A stretch of 64,000 nt of DNA from Macrostomum lignano. Lineage: Eukaryota. The notes under the pieces are model-generated. The model did no database searches. It had not been told where the DNA came from and was given only the letters and a program-made list of their open reading frames with translations. The stretch spans positions 62,817 through 126,816 of the forward strand of contig NIVC01002997.1 in the NCBI GenBank assembly GCA_002269645.1, given 5' to 3'. Shown one piece after another: positions 54,692 to 64,000 of this stretch. Position 1 is the first letter of the stretch; every line of letters begins with the position of its first letter. The translations under genes and the position numbers were made by a program.

Positions 54692-56370
54692 TCAAGCCAA
54701 GATTGTGGCATTGAAACTTGGCTGCATCGACGAGGCGTCGATGACAATCGCAGACGCGTTCCCATGGTGACCGCTTTCGTCAGGCACCTGCGGGGGAACC
54801 AGCAGGCGTAGCGTCAGGGACGCCGCTAACAGAGTCACAAGGCCGAACAGCACGGGCAGCTTTGAGCGGACCGCGTTGCGCTGCTTTGCGCCATTAGTTG
54901 ACGCGCTTAGAAGATAAGAGGACGCCGCCTTGGCCGTGTTCTCCTGGCTCCCGGTCGGCTCCGATGGCTCGGGCTCCGGCAGGAGAGGTCGCCGCTCGCT
55001 AATCAGCTCCATGTCGGTCTCCATCTCGGCGTTGAAGTGGGCGGTCGTGGCTCGACCTCGCCAGTCGAGGCGTAGCGCGCAGATGGCCAGCAGGATGAAG
55101 AATGAGACAGATGAAGTGGCGAAGCCGACCCAGAGACCGTTGAGTTCCCAGCCAGCGGCGAAGGCGAGAGAAATTCCTAATGGAGCGCCGATCACATAGT
55201 AGCCGATGAGGTTCATGAGCATCGTGTGCAGATGGCAGTTGCACGCTCTCAGGGCGGCTATGCTGGGATAGGCAGCTAGTTGAAAGGCCGTATAGATTGA
55301 CAGGTATGGCGACATTGCCACATACAGCTCTGAGGCTTCGGGTTCCATAGAGAAGATCCGAGGCACCTCGTAGCGCAGTAGGAAGAAGATTATTCCAATC
55401 ACGGCGCCTACGGCGCTCATGAAAGCGAGGCTAGTAAGCACTAGCCGGGCCGCTTTTTCGGGCTGCTGGGTGCTCAAGTAGTAGCCGATGCGAGAGATGA
55501 GGGCGCTTCCGATGCCTACCGGGATGAGGAAAGCGATGACGTTGAGCTGAAACAGCACTGACTCGGCCGCGATCTCCGCTTTACCGATTAGTCCGGCCAG
55601 GAAGTTGCCGTACTCTGTGCCAAAGATCCAGAGAGTCTGGGTGAGCAGGCAGGGCATCACAGTGAGCAAAAACTTGCCCCAGTCCATGAAGGCGCGAGTG
55701 GACCAGCCCGACCAAGTGTCGCGGTGGATGTTCAGACCCCAGATAAAGGCGGTCTGCAGTATTGGAAGCAAGCAGAGACTAATTGAGAGGCCGAGAGCCG
55801 AGCCTGTAAGTCCCAGACCGGCTACTGTCACCAGTAAATACTGCAGCAGAGTGTTGACCCGAGGCAGACGCCCCGAACGACGAATGTAGGCCAGAGGTAG
55901 CCGACCGCATCAGTGTAGGCAACGAGAGCGTCATTCAGGTTCATGGCCAAGCTGCCAGGCATTAAGATGATGAGAAAACGCTCGGCTTTGACTGAAATAA
56001 CCGGGTCTTGGCCCAACAGGATAAGCAGGTTACCCGCGTTCATGACTAACGTCCAGTTAAAGCAGGTCAGCAGCACGGAGGTCAACAGTCCGCGCTGTAC
56101 AAAGTTGCCAACACGATGCTTCTTGCTACCGCCGATGGTCTGCGCTAGAAATGGCATGAGGCCCCAGCGCACCGAGGAAGCGCAATTCTCCACCGTCAGC
56201 TGCTGGATGGACAGCGCTAGGCCGGCCGCGTCCAGATCCTCCGTGCCTAAAACGCCGCAAAAGGCGAGCGTGACTGGCATCATCATAGAGTAGAACAGCT
56301 GAGTGGCAGACATCGGCATGCCGCGCCGCATGATCCAGGCCAACTCGCGGGCGCTCTCGACGACTGTCAT
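54692..56370 (-). CDS. Intronless MATE/SLC47-family transporter, tandem copy A (1-bp deletion at ~55859)
   Basis: 1679 nt versus 1680 nt for copy B; ACCC versus GCGCC at the shift; both halves are homologous to copy B. Confidence 0.85.
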
Positions 56371-56990
56371 GTCTGCAGACTGAAGCTGATTGCTGGTTGC
56401 TGATTTTACGCCCGATACGCAAACTAAGCGAATGAATATTGTTACTTTCACTTGCCTAATGCAATTGGCCTATTTATAAACTAGTTTTTCCAGACCAGTT
56501 TCGCTAAACTGCCTTGTATCCCATGGAAACGAGTTTGATCTCACTTTATCACAACTGCTTTTCTGGTAGCTACAATTAGATAACGTAACTGATTTTACCG
56601 TTTTCCAACCCCTAAGGTGCTGGCACTTTTCTAAAATAAATAACACGTGAAAATATCAAATAAACGTCTGGATTTCTGCTTTTGGCTATTTTGTTATGGA
56701 GACATGGCGATGGTACATTTAATCAGATGATTGTACGCTCAACCGATGCGATGGTGCATCATATTTATCCACCACAGAATGCCAAGAGATTCGCATCCTT
56801 GATTTCTCACGCAGATTTCTGAAGACGAAGTCAATTAAAAACTTCATTTTAACGCAATAAAAAAGCGAAGCATGGGCTAATAAAAACATTCGAAGCAAGT
56901 ACAAAAAAATTGCATCAAACATTGAAAGTAAGCGAGAAGTGCATAATTTCAGAAAAAATATATCCGTCAAAGTATTCTCAAATAAAGGAT

Positions 56991-58670
56991 TCAAGCCAAG
57001 ACTGTGGCATTGAAACTTGGCTGCATGGACGAGGCGTCGATGACAATCGCAGACGCGTTCCCATGGTGACCGCTTTCGCCAGGCACCCGCGGCGGCACAA
57101 GCAGGCGTAGCGTCAGGGACGCCGCTAGCACAGTCACAAGGCCGAATAGCACGGGCAGCTTGGAGCGGACCGCGTTGCGCTGCTTTGCGCCATTAGTTGA
57201 CGCGCTCAGAAGATAAGAGGACGCCACCTTGGCCGTGTTCTCCTGGCTCCCGGTCGGCTCCGATGGCTCGGGCTCCGGTAGAAGAGGTCGCCGCTCGCTA
57301 ATCAGCTCCATGTCGGTCTCCATCTCGGCGTTGAAGTGGGCGGCAGTGGCTCGACCTCGCCAGTCGAGGCGTAGCGCGCAGATGGCCAGCAGGATGAAGA
57401 ATGAGACAGATGAAGTGGCGAAGCCGACCCAGAGGCCGTTGAGTCCCCAGCCGGCGGCGAAGGCGAGAGAAATTCCCAATGGAGCGCCGATAACATAGTA
57501 GCCGATGACGTTCATGAGCAACGTGTGCAGATGGCTGTTGCACGCTCTTAATGCGGCTATGCTGGGATAGGCAGCTAGTTGAAAGGCCGTATAGATTGAC
57601 AGGTATGGAGACATTGCCACATACAGCTCTGTGGCTTCGGGTTCCAGAGAGAAGATCCGAGGCACCTCATAGCGCAGTAGGAAGAAGATTATTCCAATCA
57701 CGGCGCCCATAGTGCCCATAAAGGCCAGGCTAGTAAGCACTAGCCGGACCAATTTTTCGGGCTGCTGGGTGCTCAAATAGTAGCCGATGCGAGAGATGAG
57801 GGCGCTTCCGATGCCTACCGGGATGAGGAAAGCGATGACGTTGAGCTGGAACAGCACTGACTCGGCCGCGATCTCCGCTTTGCCTATCAGTCCGGCCAGA
57901 AAGTTGCCGTACTCTGTGCCTAAGTACCACAGAGACTGGGTGAGCAGGCAGGGCATCACGGTGTACAAAAACTTGCCCCAGTCCATGAAGGCGCGAGTGG
58001 ACCAGCCCGACCAAGTGTCGCGGTGGATGTTCAGACCCCAGATAAAGGCGGTCTGGAGTATTGGAAGCAAGCAGAGACTAATTGAGAGGCCAAGAGCCGA
58101 GCCTGTAAGTCCCAAACCGGCTACTGTCACCAGTAAATACTGCAGCAGAGTGTTGGCGCCGAGGGAGACGCACCGAACGACAAATGTAGGCCAGAGGTAG
58201 CCGACCGCATCAGTGTAGGCGTTGAGAGCGTCGTACAGGTTCATGGACAAGCTGCCGGGCATTAGGATTATGAGAAAACGCTCGGCTTTGACTGAAATAA
58301 CCGGGTCTTGGCCCAACAGGATAAGCAGGTTACCCGCGTTCATGACTAACGTCCAGTTAAAGCAGGTCAGCAGCACAGAGGTCAACAGTCCGCGCTGTAC
58401 AAAGTTGCCAACACGATGCTTCTTGCTACCGCCGATGGTCTGCGCTAGAAATGGCATGAGGCCCCAGCGCACCGAGGAAGCGCAATTCTCCACCGTCAGC
58501 TGAAAGATGGACAGCGATAGTCCGGCCGCGTCTAGATCCTCCGTGCCTAACGCACCGCAAAAGGCGAGCGTGACTGGCATCATCATGCAGTAGAACAGCT
58601 GAGTGGCAGACATCGGCATGCCGCGCCGCATGATCCAGGCCAACTCGCGGGCGCTCTCGACGACTGTCAT
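56991..58670 (-). CDS. Intronless MATE/SLC47-family transporter, tandem copy B (559 aa from the ATG at 58670)
   Basis: Intact ORF: FCGALGTEDLDAAGL, LAQTIG, QRGLL, LGQDP.IS, WSGWS..WGKF, IP.GIG.A...RIG, GYYVIGAPLGI, GLW.G, plus a C-terminal 13th TM helix. Confidence 0.93.
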   Translation of the reverse strand: MTVVESARELAWIMRRGMPMSATQLFYCMMMPVTLAFCGALGTEDLDAAGLSLSIFQLTVENCASSVRWGLMPFLAQTIGGSKKHRVGNFVQRGLLTSVLLTCFNWTLVMNAGNLLILLGQDPVISVKAERFLIILMPGSLSMNLYDALNAYTDAVGYLWPTFVVRCVSLGANTLLQYLLVTVAGLGLTGSALGLSISLCLLPILQTAFIWGLNIHRDTWSGWSTRAFMDWGKFLYTVMPCLLTQSLWYLGTEYGNFLAGLIGKAEIAAESVLFQLNVIAFLIPVGIGSALISRIGYYLSTQQPEKLVRLVLTSLAFMGTMGAVIGIIFFLLRYEVPRIFSLEPEATELYVAMSPYLSIYTAFQLAAYPSIAALRACNSHLHTLLMNVIGYYVIGAPLGISLAFAAGWGLNGLWVGFATSSVSFFILLAICALRLDWRGRATAAHFNAEMETDMELISERRPLLPEPEPSEPTGSQENTAKVASSYLLSASTNGAKQRNAVRSKLPVLFGLVTVLAASLTLRLLVPPRVPGESGHHGNASAIVIDASSMQPSFNATVLA

Positions 58671-59889
58671 GTCTGCAGGCTGAAGCTGATTGCTGATTGC
58701 TGATTTTATGCTCGATATACGTATTAAACGAATGAATATTGTTGCTTTCACTTGCGCGGTGCAGCTGGCGTATTTATAAACTAGTTTTTCCAGACCAGTT
58801 TCGCCTAACTGCCTGGTATCCCGTAGAAACGAGTTTGTTCACGCTTTCTCGCAACTAGTTTTCTAAAATTAGTCCTTTACGACGATAATTTTGGAATTAA
58901 AGTTAAACCGGAAATTGGGAGGGGAGAATGTAGCAGCCAGTTTGAGGCACTCAGGCAGCTTCACTAGTGAGAGTCTCTGCATCGGCAGACGAGAGTAGCC
59001 CACACGTTTGCTAGTAGGTCAAAGGTAGAAAGTTTCACGTGTTTCGTTATCAGTTCATGCAACTGTCGCAACTGCACGCTATGAGGGTGTGGGAACACTG
59101 GCGTGAGCAGACAGGCCTGAAGAGTTTGCATCGAATGCTCGTGCGTCTGGAGTGGATTGCACACCAGTTTTTGCCAGTTTAGAACCAGTTTTCTATCTGA
59201 TTAGCAAAAAGTTATTTCAAGTGCAAGCAGGGGTCATATAAAGTGACCTACTATTTTGTCGTAGGTAGTGACAAGAATTTAATGGAGCCACTATCTTATT
59301 GACTCGTAATATGCATGTACTTTCTTTATTTAACAAACGAAGTCAATGTTGACCTTCTCAACAATTCGCATCATCATATAGCCGTTCAGTACCAGGAAGT
59401 CTTTTCATTCCAGAGCATTTGAAAACCGCAGTAACCGCAGGCGAATTCCGCATATGAGGGGTGAACAAAAATTTTCTGGATTTGAACAGATAGTTAATGG
59501 GCTACTGACAATCAATGTACAAGAAGAGTTGGACAACGCTCAGAGAGAGCACTCGCCATTTGTGGTAGGCACTGGTTGGGATACCCCACACCAGTGACTG
59601 TGACCTGCTGCACAAGTAACACCATGGCTGAATGGCCGGCTTAGTCGCAAAATTGCTTCCATTTGCTCAGCGACACAAAGGTGGGGTGCTTCCTATTGGA
59701 ATCCCCTAGGGCCGACTGCTACGTTGTCTCTAGGTCAAATTTGTAGATCCAGGACTCATCGCCACTGAAGATTTCCCAGAACGAGTGGGAATGACCGAGT
59801 ATGTTGCGGCACGACGTCACTAAGGCCTGTTTTTACTCCTTGGTACTTGATCCTTTGCTCTTTGATGAGGTATCCGGCGGGCCGAAATC

Positions 59890-60520
59890 TTTCTGAGATG
59901 AAGCTTCGTTGAGAATCGTTGGGATGTAAATCTGAGAAAAATCTGATGGTGAACTTTCAGAAGTGCCAGTGGAACAAGACGCGAGTGAATTTCTCGGGGT
60001 TCGTGGTGGATAACGGAAAAGTATACCAGAACGAGGACAAGGTTCAAGCCATCAAGAGCATGTCACTACCTAAGAATTTAATGAAGCTGGAGTCCTGGCT
60101 CGGGCTTGTCAACTTCTGTGCCAAGATTTTTTCAAGACATTCAAGACATGACAGCACCGTTGGTTCGTCTGAAGCAGGAGGATGTGGTGTTCCGTTGGGT
60201 ACCAGCCGAGATGAGCACACACCAGATGATACAGCAATCCATTTTCAAAAACACCGTACTGCGACCTCATGACCTCAATCTGCCTTTGAACTGGAAGTAG
60301 ATGCTTCAGGAATGTCTCTTGGAGGTGTTCTTAGTCAGGAAGGTCAGCCTCATGTTCTGTTTAAAAGCAAGATTCTATTTCAGGCAGAGACGAAGACGAA
60401 TTACTCCCAGATAGAGCGGGAGGCTCTCGCTATCGTGTGTGGAATTCATAATGCCACATGTTTCTATGCGGCAGCTAGACTGCAGAGATGGGCCATTATC
60501 CTGACTGCGTATGATTGAGA
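59890..60520 (+). mobile_element. Ty3/gypsy LTR-retrotransposon pol fragment (RT C-terminus, RNase H), degenerate
   Basis: VNFQKCQW..VNFSGFVV..DKVQAIKSM..P.N..LESWLGLVNF; TAPLVRL; LEVDASGMSLGGVLSQ; NYSQIEREALAIV; ARLQRWAIILTAYD; multiple frameshifts. Confidence 0.85.
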
Positions 60521-62515
60521 TACATTACCGATCTAAGTGATAGGCCGTGTGGGCCTGTCCGAAGATAGCTTTTAACAAAAGACATGATTTTGAAACAAAT
60601 TTGCAGTTTTCAAGTTCCGAAATTGAAATTGAATACGTCAATTTAGTGCTAAAGAACGGAAAACTTTACCAAAAAATTGCAAGATTTGCAGCGTCTTACG
60701 TCAGCTGTTCAAAGTTCGTGTGCGCCAGCGCCCTTATCGCGTAATCCAGACGAAGGAATGAAAAACAAAAACAAGAGAATTGCATTAATATGCTACTTTC
60801 TACTGTTGCTAGCAGTATGTTTGGACTGTGCTTTAACTTTGAAACAGGTTTGCCGTATTTTAATAATGTTTCTGAATCATTGAACTTTTTTTCAAATCAC
60901 TGTACCTCGTGGTTAAGTTTGAACTGGAGTTTGAAAGAAAGTTAGGAACTGAATGAATTTTTGGGTATTCTATTATGAACTCGTTACCAGTAGCATTATG
61001 GTGTCCAGCATACGAAGAAAGTAGCAAAAAGGCATTGTTACTTTAAGTAAGAGCATGAAAACTATATCATTAAAGTCTCCAGACATGAGCCCCATCGAGC
61101 AACGCGAAGAGTTCATCAGGGTACATTGTTTAACTGTTGTGCCGCGTGACTTGACTTGACTATTGCTCTGCCCCACCTTTACCAAGGTCAGGGCACCCAA
61201 CTCGGCCCTACTAAGGGACCTTTCCGACGTTTTCAGCTCCAAGAATCTCTGCCAACTCATACACTTACCCTAAAGTTATCGGGCGAGCGACCATCCACCT
61301 CCTGGACTCAACGCCACCCCGATGTATCCGGATATCCAGAGTCCCCTGCAGCTTAGCCAAGTAAGTCAAGTAGCTATTGCTCTCCCAGCGGACGAGCGTA
61401 TGTTCGCGTGGATTGTTATGCGTAGCACAAGGCAAAGCGTGCGTGTCTTCAGCGTCGATACTGATACAGTGTATGAATTGAACAAGTTAGAAAGTTCTGC
61501 ATCAGATTCTGTATGTTATTGGTTTTATCAAGAAGCGGTGACCTCTCCCTCTCTCAATTTATTATTCGAAGCTGAGAAAGTGATTGGCTAAGATAGTTAC
61601 GAGTATGATTGGATAGGAAAACACGAAAAAACGGTAAGTTGCAAGGCTACATGTAAGAACAAAATGTTTGGGACAAGTTAGTTTTGAACTGGAATATACG
61701 AGACACTGGAGGCAAACAGTAAATAAGAACTCTGCAAAGCTGAGTCACTCTTGCTGCAGCTTTAAATGGTACTGACTCAACCAAAAATGATGTCCTAGAA
61801 ATTTCCAATCCAGAATTAAAGCGCACAGTCCAATCACAGTTTAGATTAGCAACTGTGCTGCGAAACAATTGAGGACTGCATGATCAAAGATTCCTCACGA
61901 GAACAGGACCCGCCCAAAGTGCTAATGTCAAACGTCGAAAGAATGATTCATAGAATTGTGCAGAAAGCTTACGAAATACAGCACGCAAAAAATAAGAGAT
62001 TTAAAAAAATTATATTTTGACGCTTCTGACGTTAAATAGAGTTTTTACCAGTTTTACCATAGTCCATCAAGAAAAGCTTTAGAAAACATTCATTAGCACT
62101 AAGAGATTGGAATAATTGAAATTTCTCTGAAATCCTGCTCTCTTACCAATCTAGTGTAGTTTTTATCGAAACTTCAGCTGGATAAAATATGAAAATGAAA
62201 ATCTTGAAAGGGGAAATTTTGAAAAGTAGCGTTCTTATAATCAAGTAGTCCGTTCTTGTCTCTGTCACGTGACCTGGGCACGAATATGGGAGAAATGGGA
62301 AAAATTTCAAGTTGGCGCTTGAATCCTTTCGAATCCATCAGTTAGTTTCCCTCGACATTGTACAACGACCTCCGTATTTAAAATGTAATTAAAGTCATGT
62401 GATGGGCCTGAAAACCTGAATATCTAAGAAGCTCTTACATACTTTTCTCTAATTCTGATCATCGGGTCCAAATTGATCGCCATTCCAAAAGAATGCCTGA
62501 ATATGAGTTCAAGCT

Positions 62516-64000
62516 TCAAACGTCAAGCTGCGTTGGTCGAGTCTCAGCCTGCACTTGAACTACCTCCCTCACGGCCCCATTTGAGTTGCCAACCTCGGGA
62601 ACCGCCGAATACCGGACGCGTAGTGGCTGCCCAGCACCGTCACCGCTGCCCAGCTGGCCGCAGCACCGCCCACAGGCCCGAGAGTCGGCAACGGGTGAAG
62701 CAAAAGCAAAGTAGATGATTGGGTTGAGCACGCTGTGCAGCAGAACGAGGTGGCGCAGCAGCGGCATCAGCGGCGAGTCGGCGAGCAAGCGACCGTTAGA
62801 AAATACGTTGGCCAGGATGGCTAGGAGATACGGCAACCAGCAGGCTAGGAAGGCGGTTACAACTGTCAGACTCATGTACACCGCCCTGATTTTAGCTCGC
62901 GATAGGAGCCGACTGCCGGATGCACGATGGACGGTCAAGCGCTGACTAATTACTCCAGTGTTGCTGCTGCTGTGGGCTTCGCTAGCGCAGCTAATGCTAT
63001 TTGGGTTGGACAGCTCGGCATTGTGGGCGGCTCGGGTGCGGCGCCAAATTGTTTGTACAATTCGAGTGTAACAATAGACCATGATAGTTGTGGGAATGGC
63101 GAACACAAACAACGGTACGTAAAGAACGTAAACTTTACGCTGCCAATCGGCCGTGTAGCCACTGCTACTACATTGAATAACGCTGACGTTGAATGGGTTG
63201 CCTTCAGCGTCAGTTTGTTCTATTGAGACCGTCTTGACACGAAAGATTAATAGTTGTGGCGTAGAGAAAAGCAGTGCAGCCAGCCAGCATGCGCCGATGC
63301 GGCGGGCAATAAAACTGTTGCTACGAAATATTGCGAGCGGTTTAACAATCACCTGTCAGTTGGTTGGTTTGTTGGTTGGTTGGTTGGTTGGTTGGTTGGT
63401 TGGTTGGTTGGTTGGTTGGTTGGTTGGTTGGTTTGTTGGTTGGTTGGTTGGTTGGTTGGTTGGTTGGTTGGTTGGTTGGTTGGTTGTTGTTGGTTGGTTT
63501 GTTGGTTGGTTGGTTGTTGGTTGGTTGGTTGGTTGGTTGGTTGGTTGGTTGGTTGGTTTGTTGGTTGGTTGGTTGGTTGGTTGGTTTTGGTTGGTTGGTT
63601 GGTTGGTTGGTTGGTTGGTTGGTTGGTTGGTTGGTTGGTTTTTGGTTGATTGGTTGGTTTTGGTTGGTTGGTTGGTTGTTGTTGGTTTGTTGGTTGGTTG
63701 GTTGTTGGTTGGTTGGTTTGTTGGTTGGTTTGTTGGTTGGTTGGTTGGTTTGTTGGTTGGTTGGTTGGTGGCTGTAAAGTTAAATCTGTAAAGCTGATGC
63801 TGATCCTACCTCAAAGCGATCAATGCTCATAGCCACCAGCAGAAAAGCGGTGGACGCCAGGCACACAAACTGCGTGTAGACAGTCATCTTACACATGACG
63901 ACGCCTAGAGTCCATTGACCAAACACCGTAAATAGCAGCTCTCCCGTGCAGACTACCGAACCCACAGCCAAATCACCAACGGCCAAGTTCAGTAGGAAGC
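62516..64000 (-). CDS. Class A neuropeptide GPCR of the vasopressin/CCAP/GnRH receptor superfamily, 3' part (exons >64000-63810 and 63352-62516)
   Basis: [29 protein letters not shown]|VIVKPL across a phase-0 intron, [44 protein letters not shown]. Confidence 0.88.
63358..63770. repeat. (GGTT)n microsatellite filling the GPCR intron
   Basis: Direct; occupies most of intron 63353-63809. Confidence 0.97.

Noticed and set aside
58671-58751. N-terminal extensions of the MATE ORFs (MKATIFIRL.. / MKVTIFIRL..)
   Set aside because: They begin at GTG; the first ATG (58670 / 56370) is the more plausible start.
61050-61350. CTGATGA and GAAAACGTCGG on the minus strand, suggesting a hammerhead ribozyme or Penelope-like repeat
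   Set aside because: CTGATGA is not followed by a stem II closing on GAAA, and no GIY-YIG/RT coding remnant was recognisable.

Overview
Eukaryotic (animal) genomic DNA, very probably a flatworm: a tegument-allergen-like (TAL) EF-hand + dynein-light-chain gene is present, and satellite-filled introns suggest a free-living Macrostomum-type genome (inference). Genes I reconstructed by reading splice sites: the 3' part of a multi-exon MATE/SLC47 transporter (+, 959-4575); a 2-exon NPY/NPF-type GPCR (-); a 3-exon TAL gene (+). From 28 kb onward every gene is on the minus strand: a divergent 4-exon CK1-family kinase with a duplicated exon 3; two intronless, stripped-down Vav-like genes (CH-DH-PH-C1-SH2); three secreted C-type lectin + PAN/apple-like genes and one pseudogene; two tandem intronless MATE genes; and the 3' part of a vasopressin/CCAP/GnRH-superfamily GPCR. 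Between them lie about 20 different mini/microsatellite arrays, tRNA-derived SINEs (CORE-like), a long-TIR TA-MITE, and fragments of Tc1, non-LTR RT, non-LTR RNase H and Ty3/gypsy. Most interesting: the minimal Vav pair lacking the autoinhibitory acidic/Tyr segment and SH3 domains; the intronless MATEs lacking the proton-coupling glutamates that the spliced paralog (at the one site visible) keeps; CTL-PAN paralogs identical except for a hypervariable patch; and a satellite built from a SINE Pol III A-box. Most frameshifts are 1-2 bp losses in short homopolymer runs and one segment looks like an unpolished long read, so several apparent pseudogenes and duplications may be assembly artefacts. 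All alignments were done by eye; no database search was possible.
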